64,000 nt of DNA from an uncultured delta proteobacterium (GTDB lineage: Bacteria; Myxococcota; Myxococcia; Myxococcales; Anaeromyxobacteraceae). The stretch covers positions 194,812-258,811 of the forward strand of contig CAWJSR010000057.1 in NCBI GenBank assembly GCA_963845515.1, written 5' to 3'. This document shows positions 38,873 through 49,097 of this stretch, one piece after another (within the stretch, counting starts at the first letter, position 1; each line of letters starts with the position of its first letter). The notes below the pieces were generated by a model that searched no databases, had not been told where the DNA came from, and saw only the letters and a program-made list of their open reading frames with translations. Both the position numbers and the translations under genes were made by a program.

Positions 38873-41800
38873 TTAGCGCGTTCCGCAGCTTGGCGGTGGT
38901 TTCGGCTCTGTGCATGCGTTCGTGGGCGGAGGGATGATCATCAGCCACGGGTAGTATGCGACGCCCGGCGTGCTCGCGCCAAACTCGTCGTAACTGCTGC
39001 CGTCCGCAGAGGTACCGGTCTGATAGCCTAAGCCAGCGCCTATCTGGAACGAGGTGGCTGGTCCATACACGATGCCGTCAGGAGACCCCGTGAATGCGAG
39101 CCCAAACCCTGGCGTCGTGAAGCCAAACCCCAGGTAGTTCGTCCACCCCTGGTGACCCCAGACAAGCCCGCACGTAAACCCCACCCCGAAGAGACCGAAG
39201 GTCACCCCAACGTCATTGTACTCAAGGCCCTTGGTGTCTACCCACCTCAGAGGGTTCTGAAGAGCGTACCCATACCAGTCCGGGACATACGGTGAGTTAA
39301 GACGACCCGCCTTCGCGATCGGATCCAACTCCAGATACCTCCCCACGGAGGGCAAGTACCACCGGTTCCAGTTGTAGTACGGACCCTGGAGCCCGAGGCT
39401 CCCGAGCAACCTCTCGTCGTACTGCCCCGGCAGCCGCAGGTTCGTCACGACCGTGCGCCCTGAGACGCTGTCCGTGAATGTCGTTTCCCCGATGTCGCCG
39501 TACGGCCGCGCCGTCGCCTGCCAGACGGTCTGTCCGCTGGAGTTCGTCAGCGCGCGCGGCAGGCCAATGTGATCGACATGCACGGCGTAGGTGTACCGCT
39601 CGCTCGCGCTTGGGTGTTCCTCCTGCGCCACAGGCCTCCCGTCCATCCAGACGTACTCCCGCACGGTACTCCACGGGCTCGCCGGAACACCAGTCCGCTC
39701 GTACTCACCGATAGTCTCCCCGCCCGGCAGGAACGAGAAGTACGTCTTCTTCCCCGTCGCGCCGTCGGTCCTCGCGACGCGCCGGTTCATCGCGTCGTAC
39801 TCGAACCGCGCCACCACCGACGTCACGGCCGCTTCCGTCCGACATGCGAGCACGTCCGGCCCGCCGGAACCCGGCGCCGCATTCCCGACCAGCACCAGCC
39901 TTCCCAGCGCATCGTGCACCATGCAGACCGTCTGCGTGATGCTCGTCCCCGCAGGGTCGTAGGTCGAGATGGAGGAGAGGTTGCTCTGGTCGTCGTATCC
40001 GTACGCTTGCCGCCGGACCGAGGGGATCCCCATCGTCCAGGCAGCGATGAGCCTGTCGCCGGCATACTCGTAGCGGAGCGACTCTCCCGTTCCGTGGCCG
40101 GGCACGAAAGCAGTCAGGCGGTCGAGGTGGTCGTAGGTGAAGCCAGTCGAGGCGGTGCCCTGGACTACCCCGGCCACGTCTCCCGCAGGACTCATGCCGT
40201 ACAGCAGGCTCAGTGGGCCGCTCACCACCGCCTCGGGTTCGTACCGAAGATTGAACGTCTGCGTCAGTTGCTGCCCGTTGGCGAAGGTCAGCGACTTGAC
40301 CGGACCGAAGGGCTCGCGCGCGACCCCCGTCACGAAGGGGCGATTGATTCCGGCCTCCCTCACCGCTGTCACTTCCTTTGTCGCGTCGTCGCGCTCATAC
40401 GTCACGGCAAGCCCGGAGGGATAGACAACCGTGTCGAGATAGCCGTCCACGTCGTATCGATACTCGGTCACGAGCGGAGCGGTCTCCCCGATCACGAGCA
40501 CCGTCTCGTACCGAAGGCGCCCGCCGGAGTCCCATGTGAACCAGGTCGTTCTGCCCGCCTCGACCATGGAATACAGCCGGCCCTTCTGGTTGGCGGCGTC
40601 GTAGGTGAGCGCGACGTCCACAGGCGGATCGCCCAGGTCCTTCACCGCGTGGATCCCGATGAGCCGATCGAGCCCATCGTAGGTGTACTCCATGGTCACG
40701 CGACCGCCGGTCCGATGACGAACGTTGCCGCGCGCGTCATAGTCGTACCGGTACGGCTGACTGTCTTTGAATGAGGCCGTGCTAGCGACCTTGCCGTTGC
40801 TCCCAAAGTCGTCGACCGAGTAGCTCGTCGTCCTTCCCGCGCCGTCGGTCACGCTCTCGATGGCGTCCTGGCTCAGCGCGAAGGCGTAGGTGGCCACCGT
40901 CGAGACCACCCTGGGGTCGGCGTCAACGGGCGACTCCCGCGAGACCACCCGGGGGCGCCCCAGCGCGTCGGGTACGAATCTGGTGATGCGCCCCTCCTCG
41001 TCCACCATCGTGCTGAGGATGCCGCTGGGATCGTAGGACCAGATGGCCTGCTTCGCGGGGTCGTCGGGATGCGTCTCGTTCCGCAGCCTGTGCTGAGCGT
41101 CGTACTGGCGAATCCGCCTCCAGCGGACGTTGCCGGCGGCATCCCTCCGCTCTGCCAGAACGGGATTGCCCGCGTCGTCGTAGTCGACCCCCTGTATGTC
41201 ACCGACCGTGACCAGGTCCGGAGCAAGGTCCGGGTCACCGTAGAGCCGCTCGATGCTCTGGAGCCGGCCCCGCTCGTCATACGTCGCGTGGCGACCGGCC
41301 CCCGACTCGAACAGCACCAGCCGAGGCGAGTCGCCGTCGTAGTAGCGAATCACGGTCGTCCGCCCGTCCGGTGCGATCGCGTGGGTCACGCGTCCTCGGC
41401 CATCACGGACGTACCTCGACATCGGGGCGCCCGACTGGGCGCCCGCATACGGCCCGGTCACCGTGTAGGGGCCGAAGATGTCGAAGTCGATCAACCAGGT
41501 CAGCGGTTCGGCGGACGGCGAAGAGTAGCGCCTCACCTCCATGAGGCGACCTCGGCGGACGCCGGTCGCGTCGCCGGGCCAGTAGGCCCGCTCCTCGATC
41601 GGCGTGACGTCCGACTCGGAGGGCCGGTCGAGATTCACGGGACCAATCGCCCTCACCATGCGGCCGTACTCGTCGTACGAGTAGAACGTGGCGTGGCGTT
41701 CGTAGAGCACCGCGCCCGTCGCGATGTCCGTGGTGTAGCCGTCCTTGATCCTGCGGCAGACTACACTTCCCTTGCGAAGAGACGTTGGACCGCACGTGTA

Positions 41801-43783
41801 GCCGTCCGGATCGCCGAGCTTGTTCAGGTACCTTCCGCTCTCGTCCAGATCATAATAGTCCGTGGTATCGCCGGAGAAGTTGCCGCCGCTGAGGTTGCTG
41901 CGCCTGCCCGACCACGTCACATTGGAGAGCGGGACGGCGTACCCCACTGCAACCTGACGCGTCAGTCCGTACCGGTAGAACTCCTCGTCGATTAGGTTTG
42001 CACTCGGCGGAGCGGCTCCAGCATCGCAGCTGAAGCCGACTGGTTTCACGTAGCGTGCGATGCGCTCCGGGCGCAGGTACTCGTCGCGGTCGTACCAATC
42101 GATCTGCCCATCGCCGCCATCGAAGCACTGCAATCTGAGCTTCTGCCAGCTCAGCCCGAACGATGCGTCTCCAACGGAGGCGTAGACTGACCTGCCGCCA
42201 GCCCCGTAGGTCCGGCTGCCGCTGAACGCCCCGCTGGAGGAATAGTGCGTCGTCGTCGTGCTCGCTGGCTCGGCGTAGACGACGTCGAGCGTCGTGGCCC
42301 TGTCCACGATCCGGTTGGCGTAGCCGTTTGCGTCGTATCCGAACTCGACGATCGGATCTCCTGCCTCGTTGCGGATCGTCGTCAGGTGGCCGGGGTGGGT
42401 CGCGGAGTATTCGTAGGAGCGCAGCACGCGCCCCTCCACGTCGACCGCAGCTGCGAGGTCCGTGCCTGTGTAGACGTAGTCGGCTACCTTCGTGAAGGAC
42501 GACTCGCTCTGGCTCGCCCGAAACTCGAGCGTTCTGGCGCGGGGGTCGGTACATGGCTGTGGTGTCTTCAGCGCTAGTTCATGGCCCCATGAGTCGCTGA
42601 CCGAAACGAGGGTCCCGTTCGCGATGTCGTAGGAGACAGCGCTGACGTTGCCGCGCGAGTCCTCGATCTTCGTGAGCCGCGCGACGCCGCCGGCCATCGG
42701 ATCCCCGCAGTAGGTGGCAGCGCTCTCGCCACAGGCCTCGCAGACCGTGCTGAACGTCGCCTTCCGGCCGTCGTCCAGGTAGACGACGAAGTCGCCATTG
42801 GCGCGACGGACCATCGCGGCGAAGTTGCGGCCTACCGCGAACGGATCGTCCTCCGCCTTGAACACCGCCACCGCCTCGGCGAACTCGGCGCTCCAGACCG
42901 AGTTTCCGGTCCCGGCGAAACGAAGACCGGGCGAGTATCCTAGGCTCACCGAGCAGAGCGTCGCCATGGCGCCTCCGCCCTGGGCGGACACGCCCACCCC
43001 GGCGCACCTCAGCGTCCCCTCCCACTCGTGGCGCCACCCCCTGCCGAACGCGCCCGGCGCGACCACACCCTTCACAGAGGTGTCGACGCTTCGGTAGGAG
43101 CGGCTGAACTGAAGGGGCACGGGACCATCGAACCGGAAGTCGCTGAAGGGGTCCGTGATGGCCGCTCGGCTGGAGAAGACGAGCGGATCATCTCCGCCGG
43201 TATTCAGGCAGGCTGCGTCCGTCGGACCCGATTCAGGATCCTTCGGGGGTGCGCAGCCGTCGGGTGCGCCGACGCTGCAGTTCGCGTCCGAGGCGCAACC
43301 GTCCTGGATCTCACAGACTCCGGCGCTCTGCGGCGCGCCGCAGGATGGCAGCGAGCACGTCCCGGCGCAGGAGCAAGCCCCGTATTCCAGGGCGCAGCCC
43401 TCGTCGACGCAGCCGTTGTTGTTGTCGTCCAGGCCATCGCCCGCGCCGCCGACGCCACAGGCGTCGGCGGGAACGGGTGAACTGCACGAGGTGCTCCGCG
43501 TATTGCGGGCCCACTCAAGTACCTCGCAGCACAGAGGAGCGTCCGAGTACGCCACCGCTGGGGCCGAGGCCGGAGAATCGTCTGCGCACTTGAACCGCTG
43601 GTACATGTAGCACCAGCCCACTCTGCAGGTATTCCCGCACGAAAGAATGCACGCCGCATCCTGGCGGTATTCGTACGTGTAATACGTGGCCGCGCACGTT
43701 CCATTGGCGGCCGCCACGATCGGCACGTCACCCACCAGCACAGCCAGCCCTGCAACCAGGAGGAGATTGCGGAACTTGGTCAT
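38873..43783 (-). CDS. Full-length Rhs/YD-repeat polymorphic toxin (about 1636 aa) with signal peptide, Cys-rich N-terminus and DUF6531-like region
   Basis: MTKFRNLLLVAGLAVLVG; DGLDDNNNGCVDEGC; FSRSYRS...FGRGWRHEW; many YD repeats; core motif ending NPLRWVDTKGL. Confidence 0.95.
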   Translation of the reverse strand: MTKFRNLLLVAGLAVLVGDVPIVAAANGTCAATYYTYEYRQDAACILSCGNTCRVGWCYMYQRFKCADDSPASAPAVAYSDAPLCCEVLEWARNTRSTSCSSPVPADACGVGGAGDGLDDNNNGCVDEGCALEYGACSCAGTCSLPSCGAPQSAGVCEIQDGCASDANCSVGAPDGCAPPKDPESGPTDAACLNTGGDDPLVFSSRAAITDPFSDFRFDGPVPLQFSRSYRSVDTSVKGVVAPGAFGRGWRHEWEGTLRCAGVGVSAQGGGAMATLCSVSLGYSPGLRFAGTGNSVWSAEFAEAVAVFKAEDDPFAVGRNFAAMVRRANGDFVVYLDDGRKATFSTVCEACGESAATYCGDPMAGGVARLTKIEDSRGNVSAVSYDIANGTLVSVSDSWGHELALKTPQPCTDPRARTLEFRASQSESSFTKVADYVYTGTDLAAAVDVEGRVLRSYEYSATHPGHLTTIRNEAGDPIVEFGYDANGYANRIVDRATTLDVVYAEPASTTTTHYSSSGAFSGSRTYGAGGRSVYASVGDASFGLSWQKLRLQCFDGGDGQIDWYDRDEYLRPERIARYVKPVGFSCDAGAAPPSANLIDEEFYRYGLTRQVAVGYAVPLSNVTWSGRRSNLSGGNFSGDTTDYYDLDESGRYLNKLGDPDGYTCGPTSLRKGSVVCRRIKDGYTTDIATGAVLYERHATFYSYDEYGRMVRAIGPVNLDRPSESDVTPIEERAYWPGDATGVRRGRLMEVRRYSSPSAEPLTWLIDFDIFGPYTVTGPYAGAQSGAPMSRYVRDGRGRVTHAIAPDGRTTVIRYYDGDSPRLVLFESGAGRHATYDERGRLQSIERLYGDPDLAPDLVTVGDIQGVDYDDAGNPVLAERRDAAGNVRWRRIRQYDAQHRLRNETHPDDPAKQAIWSYDPSGILSTMVDEEGRITRFVPDALGRPRVVSRESPVDADPRVVSTVATYAFALSQDAIESVTDGAGRTTSYSVDDFGSNGKVASTASFKDSQPYRYDYDARGNVRHRTGGRVTMEYTYDGLDRLIGIHAVKDLGDPPVDVALTYDAANQKGRLYSMVEAGRTTWFTWDSGGRLRYETVLVIGETAPLVTEYRYDVDGYLDTVVYPSGLAVTYERDDATKEVTAVREAGINRPFVTGVAREPFGPVKSLTFANGQQLTQTFNLRYEPEAVVSGPLSLLYGMSPAGDVAGVVQGTASTGFTYDHLDRLTAFVPGHGTGESLRYEYAGDRLIAAWTMGIPSVRRQAYGYDDQSNLSSISTYDPAGTSITQTVCMVHDALGRLVLVGNAAPGSGGPDVLACRTEAAVTSVVARFEYDAMNRRVARTDGATGKKTYFSFLPGGETIGEYERTGVPASPWSTVREYVWMDGRPVAQEEHPSASERYTYAVHVDHIGLPRALTNSSGQTVWQATARPYGDIGETTFTDSVSGRTVVTNLRLPGQYDERLLGSLGLQGPYYNWNRWYLPSVGRYLELDPIAKAGRLNSPYVPDWYGYALQNPLRWVDTKGLEYNDVGVTFGLFGVGFTCGLVWGHQGWTNYLGFGFTTPGFGLAFTGSPDGIVYGPATSFQIGAGLGYQTGTSADGSSYDEFGASTPGVAYYPWLMIIPPPTNACTEPKPPPSCGTR

Positions 43784-43866
43784 CGGCCCCACCCCTTTTC
43801 GACAACCCATCCGCCGCCGCAAACCGGCCCCGCTATGGCCGCAATCTTCGGCGTTCTGTTGCCGCC

Positions 43867-44808
43867 TCACGGACAGGAGAGCGTGAAGCATGAGTCACCA
43901 GTCGCCGCCATGAGTCGCGCCGTGACATTCCCCGAGCCGTCGTAACAGTACTTGGTCATGGGACTCGCAAGCTTACAGTTGCCCGATGCGTCGTCGCATG
44001 GGCAGGTCTCAAGTGTCAGCGGACTTGCAGCGGCGTTGTCGCTTTCGACCGCTTCGGCAACCTCTCCGGCCGGGTCGACAATGACGCCCAGATACCTCGC
44101 TCCCGTCTCCCCCACGGGAAGCCTGACAGCGGTGATTGCGCTACTGGACGCGCCCTTCGCAAGACCGCCTACGATCCGAGTTCCAAGAAGAGTATCCGCG
44201 GTCGTGACTTGCGAATCCGCAGAGAGATAGAATCCCACGGAGAACGCAGTTGAGGCGCTACCCACGTTGGTTACCGAGTTGGCGACGTCAATGGATGCGC
44301 CGGCCGCTGCGACGGACGGCACCGAGAGACTCGCAACCTGGAGATCCGGACCCACCAATATCTGCGCGACGACCGAGTTGTTGTTCTCGTTGGTTTCCGC
44401 AATCGCGAACATGTAATCCAAGAAGACGTGGAGGAAGTAGACTCCCGGCGCCGTGGATTGCGGGATCGTCAAAGTTTGCACGGCAGTAATGTTGGCGACA
44501 TCGGCGGCAGGCACACTGATGCCTGAGCTCGCGATCTGGCCATTGCCACCTGGGGCTTGCGCGTTGAGGCCAAAGAAGAAGCCGACGCTCGTGTTCAGGG
44601 ACGACGGATCAAAATACCCAAAGAAGCCGCGGGGCCTGTAATAGCGAGGATAGTATGACCATTGGAAGGTTTCTCCCGGAGCGCGAGCTTGCGGGGACGT
44701 TCCCAGGACGTATAGGTCAGGAGTAGCCGCCGCCGATGAGGGCAGCGCGCCCGTGACGCCGATGACAATGAGCGCACGAATGGCCCACAACTGCTTCTTG
44801 TCGAACAT
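43867..44808 (-). CDS. Secreted tandem CARDB-domain protein ending in a YD-like motif
   Basis: Signal peptide; PDL...IAETNENNN and PDL...VAEAVESDN; TKYCYDGSGNV. Confidence 0.82.
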   Translation of the reverse strand: MFDKKQLWAIRALIVIGVTGALPSSAAATPDLYVLGTSPQARAPGETFQWSYYPRYYRPRGFFGYFDPSSLNTSVGFFFGLNAQAPGGNGQIASSGISVPAADVANITAVQTLTIPQSTAPGVYFLHVFLDYMFAIAETNENNNSVVAQILVGPDLQVASLSVPSVAAAGASIDVANSVTNVGSASTAFSVGFYLSADSQVTTADTLLGTRIVGGLAKGASSSAITAVRLPVGETGARYLGVIVDPAGEVAEAVESDNAAASPLTLETCPCDDASGNCKLASPMTKYCYDGSGNVTARLMAATGDSCFTLSCP

Positions 44809-45029
44809 GCGGCCCCCCGCACCTGGCTCGCCAAGCGCGACCACGAGTAACGTGTCGTAGAGTGAACACACTCCAGGAGCGAACGTCAAGCGAGCCATCA
44901 TGCTTCATCGCGATGGTTCTGCGGTGCCCCCTACTCCCTGAGTCCCCGAAGGGCCTCGTACGTCCTCCCCGCCGCCCCGAACCCCCGCTCCCCGGCGCGC
45001 CTCGCCCACCGCAACAGCCCGCTCAGCGC

Positions 45030-45364
45030 CCACTGGGCGGCGAGGGAGACCATGAGCACGGCAGCAGCGACCAGCAGCGCCTGCGCCGGCCCGAGGCGCT
45101 GGCCGACGAGCGTCGCGAGCCCCGGGCGCGTCGACCAGCCGTAGACCAGCGGGACGTGGATCGCGTAGACGCCGAGCGAGGCCCTCCCCAGCGGCGCCAG
45201 GCGCGCCGCAGCGGAGGCCGGGACCTGGGTGAGCGCGGCGATGAGGAGCAGGAACGCACCGATCCGGTAGACGATCAGGACGAGGTCCCGCCGATCGCCT
45301 GCTCGAGCGCGATCCCCGCGAGGCTCTCCGACGAGCCGGGGGCGCGCATCCCCAGCGCCACCGC
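45030..45364 (-). pseudogene. DUF1624-like acyltransferase fragment, copy 2 (internal deletion)
   Basis: Direct repeat of 21150-21370 joined to 21540-21569. Confidence 0.6.
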
Positions 45365-45849
45365 GACCTCGCGCCGGCCGAGGTCCACGCGACGCTGCTC
45401 GACGAGGGACGCTACCTCTGCTCGGAGCGCACGATGTACCGCGTCCTGGCTGAGAACGCGGAGGTCCGCGAGCGCCGCGACCAACTGCGGCACCCGACCT
45501 ACAAGGCGCCCGAGTTGCTCGCCACCGGGCCTAACCAGCTCTGGAGTTGGGACATCACCAAGATGCTCGGCCCGCAGAAGTGGACCTACTTGCGGATTTC
45601 GGTCGATCGTGAACGCGCGGATCGGCGCATCGTGAACAGCCGGATCGGGCCATCGTGAACACCGGGATCGGCGTTCATGAACGCCGAGATCGGGCATCGT
45701 GAACGCCCGGATCGGCCATCGTGAACACGGTGGCCCGGGGGTTCCCCCGCCGGGTAGGGTCCGCGCCTCAACGAGGCGCGGGCGAGACGAGCGAAGCGAC
45801 GCTGGACGGTACCCAGGCCGTCCCGCGCCTCCATCACGGAGGCGGCGGG

Positions 45850-47400
45850 ATGGCGACGGAGCGACTGGCCATGCGGAACGCGCGAGAGATTCTGAGGCAG
45901 AAGTGGGAGTTGGACCGAACGCACCGCGAGATCGCGGCCAGCGTGGGGCAGTCGCTCGGCGCAGTGGCGATGACCCTCGGCAGGGCGAAGGCGGCCGGGA
46001 TCGCGTGGGAGCAGACCCAGGCGCTCTCCGATGTGGCCCTGGAGGAGCGGCTCTACGGGCCCCGCGACGAGAAGGCGGCGCGGCCGATGCCCGACTGCGA
46101 GTACCTCCACGCGGAACGGAAGAAGCCGGGCGTCACGCTGGAACTGCTCCACCTCGAGTACCTGGAGAAGCACCCAGGCGGCTACCGGTACACTCAGTTC
46201 TGCGAGCGGTACCGGGAGTGGCTGAAGCGTCGGGGCCTGACGATGCGGCAGGAACACCTCGCCGGCGAGAAGCTCTTCGTCGACTACGCGGGAAAGAAGC
46301 CGCACATCGTCGACCCGACGACTGGCGAGAGGATCGAAGTCGAGCTGTTCGTCGCGGTCCTCGGCGCGTCGAACTACACCTACGCCGAGGCGACGCTGAC
46401 CCAGCGCGGCCCCGACTTCATCGCGAGCCACGTGCGCGCCCTGCACCTGCTCGGCGGCGTCCCGAGCGCGCTCGTCCCCGACCAGCTGAAGTCGGGGGTG
46501 ACCGCCGCCTGCCGGTACGAGCCAGGCATCCAGCGCACCTACGAGGAGCTGGCGCGCTACTACGGCACCACCGTCCTGCCGGCCCGGCCGCACCGCCCCC
46601 GCGACAAGGCGAAGGTCGAGGTAGCCGTCCAGATCGCCGAGCGGTGGATCATCGCCCGGCTCCGCCACGAGACCTTCTTCTCGCTCGCGGTGCTGAACGA
46701 CCGGATCGCCGAGCTGCTCGTCGAGCTCAACGAAAGGCGGATGCGGGTCTACGGAGCGAGCCGGCGCGAGCTGTTCGAGCGGGTCGACCGGCCGGCGCTG
46801 AAGGCGCTCCCCGCCGAGCGGTTCGAGTACTCCGAGTGGCGGTCTGCGCGAATCAACATCGACTACCACGTCGAGATCGAGCACCACTACTACTCGGCGC
46901 CGCACGCACTCGTGCACCAAGTCGTGGAGGCGCGCATCACGGCGACGACGGTGGAGCTGCTCCTCCGCGGCGAGCGGGTCGCGACGCACCTGCGGAGCTA
47001 CCGGCGCGGCGCGCACACCACGATCGCCGAGCACATGCCGAAGGCGCACCAGAAACATCTCGAGTGGACGCCCTCCCGCATCGTCCACTGGGCCGGGAGC
47101 ATCGGCCCGAAGACCGCGCGAACTCGCCGAGGCGATCCTGGCCGAGCGACGCCACCCGGAGCAGGGCTACCGCTCCTGCCTGGGCATCCTCCGGCTCGGC
47201 AAGCGGTACGGAGACGAGCGGCTCGAGGCGGCTGTCCGCGCGCGCCGTCGCCGTGCGGGCCCGTTCGTACCGGCACGTCGATTCGATCCTGAAGAACGGC
47301 CTCGACCGGCTGCCCTCGCCGGCCGAGGAGCAACTCGCCGAGGGCGCCCAGCGCGCCACCCACGAGAACATCCGGGGCGGCGTTACTACCACTGACCAAG
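45850..47400 (+). CDS. istA: IS21 transposase IstA (frameshifts near 47120 and 47235)
   Basis: FVDYAG, LGASNYTY, VPDQLKSGV, PRDKAKVE, HYYSAP, HENIRG. Confidence 0.9.
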
Positions 47401-47408
47401 GAGAAGCC

Positions 47409-48155
47409 GTGCTGAACGAACCCACGATGGAGAAGCTGCGCGCCCTGCGCCTCGAGACGCTCATGGGCGGCCTGGGCGGAGCAGCAGAAGAACCCGGAGG
47501 TCCAGAAGCTCGGCCTTCGACGAGCGCCTCGGGATGCTCGTCGACGCGCAATGGCTCCACCGCGAGAACAAGCGGCTCGCCCGCTCGCTCCACGAGGCCA
47601 AGCTGCGTCTCGGGAACGCCTGCGTCGAGGACATCGACTACCCCCCGCGACGCGAACTGGAGAAGGCCACCATCCGGCAGCTCGCCACCTGCAAGTGGGT
47701 CGAGGAGCACCAGAACGTCGTCGTCACGGGCGCCACCGGCACCGGAAAGACGTACGTCGCCTGCGCGCTCGCCCAGCAGGCGTGTCGGAAGGGCTTCCGG
47801 GCGATCTACCGCCGCGCCACTCGCCTGCTTCGACGAGTTCATGCTCGCCCACGCGGACGGCACGTACTCCAGCCTCCTCGCGCGCTTCGCGAGGGTGGAC
47901 GTGCTCGTCATCGACGACTGGGGGCTCTCGCCGCTGAAGGACCAGGAGCGGCGCGACCTTCTCGAGATCGTGGAAGACCGCCACGGCGATCGCTCCACCA
48001 TCGTCACCAGCCAACTCCCGACCTCGAAGTGGCACGACCACGTCGGCGACCCGACCAACGCCGACGCCTTCTGCGACCGGATCCTCAACAAGGCCCACCG
48101 CGTCGTGCTAAAGGGCCCCTCCAGACGGAAGGAGGACTCCGAGACCGACAAGTGA
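47409..48155 (+). CDS. istB: IS21 helper ATPase IstB (frameshifted)
   Basis: GATGTGKT, VLVIDDWG, STIVTSQLP, DRI...GPSRR. Confidence 0.9.
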   Translation: MLNEPTMEKLRALRLETLMGGLGGAAEEPGGPEARPSTSASGCSSTRNGSTARTSGSPARSTRPSCVSGTPASRTSTTPRDANWRRPPSGSSPPASGSRSTRTSSSRAPPAPERRTSPARSPSRRVGRASGRSTAAPLACFDEFMLAHADGTYSSLLARFARVDVLVIDDWGLSPLKDQERRDLLEIVEDRHGDRSTIVTSQLPTSKWHDHVGDPTNADAFCDRILNKAHRVVLKGPSRRKEDSETDK

Positions 48156-48876
48156 ACTAGCCAGCGTCGCTCCGCTCCGATCACGATGGCCGATCGAGGC
48201 GTTCACGATGCGACGATCTCGGCGTTCACGTTGGCCGGAATCCGCACCTACTTCCACCTGTACGTGATCCTCGACGTGTACAGCAGGTACGTGGTCGGCT
48301 GGATGCTCGCGCACCGCGAGACCGCCACGCTCGCCGAGCGGCTCATCCGCGAGACCTGCGAGCGCCAGGGGATCCAGCGCGACCAACTCACGGTCCACGC
48401 CGACCGCGGCACGTCGATGCGCTCCAAGCCCGTCGCGCTCATGCTCGCGGACCTGGGCGTCACGAAGAGCCACTCGCGCCCCCACGTCTCGAACGACAAC
48501 CCGTTCTCCGAGTCCCAGTTCAAGACGATGAAGTACCGGCCTGACTTCCCCGAGCGCTTCGGCGCCATCGAGCACGGCCGCGCCCACTGCGTCGACTTCT
48601 TCGGCTGGTACAACAACGAGCACCGGCACGGTGGCCTCGGCCTTCTCACGCCTCACGACGTCCACCACGGGCTCGCCGGCGCCCGCCTGGATGCCCGCGA
48701 CGCGGTTCTCGCGGCCGCCTTCGCCGCCCGACCAGAGCGGTTCCCGGCCGGCCGGCCGACGGCCGGCACGGTGCCGACCGAGGTCTGGATCAATAAGCCG
48801 CAGCAGGCTTCACCGAGAGAAGAAGCGCGTCAGTAAACTCGGCAGCAAGTTGTCTCATTCGCGTTGACAGGTTCCG

Positions 48877-49097
48877 CCCGCCCGGCGTCGGGCGAGCCGC
48901 GGCGCCAGTTGAAGCCCCGTGGCGCGTGCCGGAGCAAGTGGAAGCGGATCGAGACCCTTCAGCGGCTGAAGGAGTTCGTGATCGCGTACAAGGCGGCGCT
49001 CACCATGTGGAGGAGTGGCGCCCGCGACGCCCTCTTTCCGCCGGGCACCTGGCACATGCGCGTCGTGCACGGCGCGTGTTGCGTCGACTACGGGTAG
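48877..49097 (+). pseudogene. 3' remnant of a RAYT/Y1-like transposase
   Basis: KWKRIETLQRLKEF..AYKAA...W..G..DALFPPGTWHMR..HG resembles C-termini of myxobacterial REP-associated transposases (recognised from memory). Confidence 0.5.

Larger units (their letters stand above)
45591..48246 (+). mobile_element. IS21-family element (2656 bp)
   Basis: Ends TGCGGATTTCGG.../...CCGGAATCCGCA; 6-bp target duplication CCTACT at 45585-90 and 48247-52; ATCGTGAAC subterminal repeats. Confidence 0.93.
45364..48876 (+). mobile_element. 5'-truncated IS3-family element interrupted by IS21
   Basis: LLDEGRYLCSERTMYRVL...WSWDITK...WTY|FHLYVILDVYSRYVVGW...HADRG...NDNPFSES; end ...TTGACAGGTTCCG. Confidence 0.82.

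Noticed and set aside
37690..40247. Near-identical Rhs repeats as a DGR template/variable pair
   Set aside because: No reverse transcriptase in the window, and the differences are not adenine-specific.
38873..43783. Rhs as a type VI secretion effector
   Set aside because: No PAAR domain and no vgrG or eag gene in the window; the N-terminus looks like a Sec signal peptide.
45600..45730. Six ATCGTGAAC-containing repeats with a 22-23 bp period, superficially CRISPR-like
   Set aside because: They lie inside the IS21 left end and are mirrored at the right end. Multiple subterminal repeats are typical of IS21. There are no unique spacers and no cas genes.
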